Assembly: GCA_963745235.1 (NCBI GenBank)
Contig: CAVUXE010000068.1
Location: forward strand, 1 to 30,664
DNA from: an uncultured Spirochaetota bacterium
Lineage (GTDB): Bacteria > Spirochaetota > Spirochaetia > SZUA-6 > Fen-1364
Direction of reading: 5' to 3'
DNA: 30,664 nt
Of the stretch, positions 29,741 through 30,664 are shown in pieces. The first letter of the stretch is position 1. Every line of letters starts with the position of its first letter. The notes beneath the pieces were generated by a model. It was not told the DNA's origin, did not search any database, and worked only from the letters and a program-made list of their open reading frames with translations. The position numbers were made by a program, and so were the translations under genes.

Positions 29741-30664
29741 TTATTGGCGGACATTCAGCCGCATGTACAGTCCCACCGCCCCGATGATTACCAGGCCTCG
29801 CACTATTCGCTGTGTGTCCGCGTCCAGACCAAGAAGTATGACGATATTGAAGAGCATGGCGATCATGCACGCGCCGCCAAAGTCCCCCAAACCGTGCCTT
29901 TCCCGCCCGACAAGAGCGCCCCGCCTATGACTACAGCTGCAATCGAGTTCAAGTCATAGCCTTGACCTAGCCAGTTGTCCGCCATCCCTACCCACCCGGT
30001 AAGAAGAAGCCCAGTGAAACCCGCCCATAGACGCTGATCATGTAAGCAATTGTCAGCACTCTGTGCGTGTTGACACCCGACATGTAGGCGGTACGGGCAT
30101 TTCCGCCCACCGCAACGATGCTCCTCCCAAGCGTGGTGGCATGGAGGACAACTGCGGAAATGGCTCCGACGGCCAGGCAGATCCACACAGTCATCGGAAT
30201 AGAGAAGATGGAGGCTCGGCCAGAATACATCTGCCCTTCAGATATCTGGCCTTTGGGCATTCCACCCGAGTAAAGGAAGCGGATGCCCTGCACGATCAGC
30301 ACCATCCCCAGAGTCGTAATGAACGCAGGGATTCTGAGCTTCGTGACAAGGAGACCATTTGTAAGGCCAATAACGAGAGAAAAGGCCAGGCAAAGAAGGA
30401 GAGACCGGCCACAAGAGCTTGTCCTCGCCGTTCATCAACCCACTGCTGAGAATGGACATCAAGGCGATAGGATGCGACAGACAGATCAATGCCGCCGGTG
30501 AGGATAACGAAAAGCTGTCCCACTGCCACGACACCGAGAATGGATGCCTGGCGAACGACGTTTGAAAGATTGCGTTCTGTCAGAAAAGCAGGAGAGATGA
30601 GTGCGGCGACAAACACCAGCACGATCAGGACGACAAATATCGCTGACTTTTCCGCGAGCTTCCG
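29741..30664 (-). CDS. Sugar ABC transporter permease, 5'-partial, several apparent frameshifts
   Basis: RQASILGVVAVGQLFVILTGGIDLS, TLGRSIVAVGGN, YDLNSIAAVVIGG. Last frame ends ...YMRLNVRQ-TAA at 29741. Confidence 0.88.

Noticed and set aside
295-30664. About twenty frameshifts read as programmed frameshifting, phase variation or mass pseudogenisation
   Set aside because: Those examined are single-base indels, mostly at short homopolymers (e.g. 850-852, 3758-3762, 6346-6348), in otherwise conserved genes. This is typical of unpolished long reads; short-read polishing would settle it.
1-30664. CRISPR arrays, tRNA/rRNA genes, integron attC arrays, long tandem repeats
   Set aside because: No regularly spaced repeats or structural RNA signatures seen by eye; intergenic regions are short and mostly accounted for.

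Overview
Bacterial chromosomal window. The FAGGSKE-type N-terminus of one sugar-binding protein hints at a spirochaete host. About twenty single-base indels, mostly at homopolymers, split many genes and look like long-read errors. Left to right: (1) a relatively A+T-rich cassette of hemA, an uncharacterised PaaK/CapK-like adenylate-forming enzyme and a hemB-like gene whose A-side substrate-binding residues are altered, which is the best candidate for an undescribed system; (2) an intact ISAzo13-family IS whose two flanks do not belong together; (3) a GntR(HutC)-linked carbohydrate catabolic operon (split transketolase, amidohydrolase, Gfo/Idh/MocA dehydrogenase, FGGY kinase, TPP E1 alpha and truncated beta) divergent from a CUT2 sugar ABC operon; (4) a patchwork of remnants (GH25 fragment, GyrI-like gene, a scrambled and partly inverted gene) around an SDR-AKR-TetR cassette; (5) a second minus-strand sugar locus (CUT2 ABC, Fe-ADH, divergent ROK, cupin, SDR, second cupin-like protein). 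No rRNA, tRNA or CRISPR array was seen. All family calls come from motif recognition; no database search was run.
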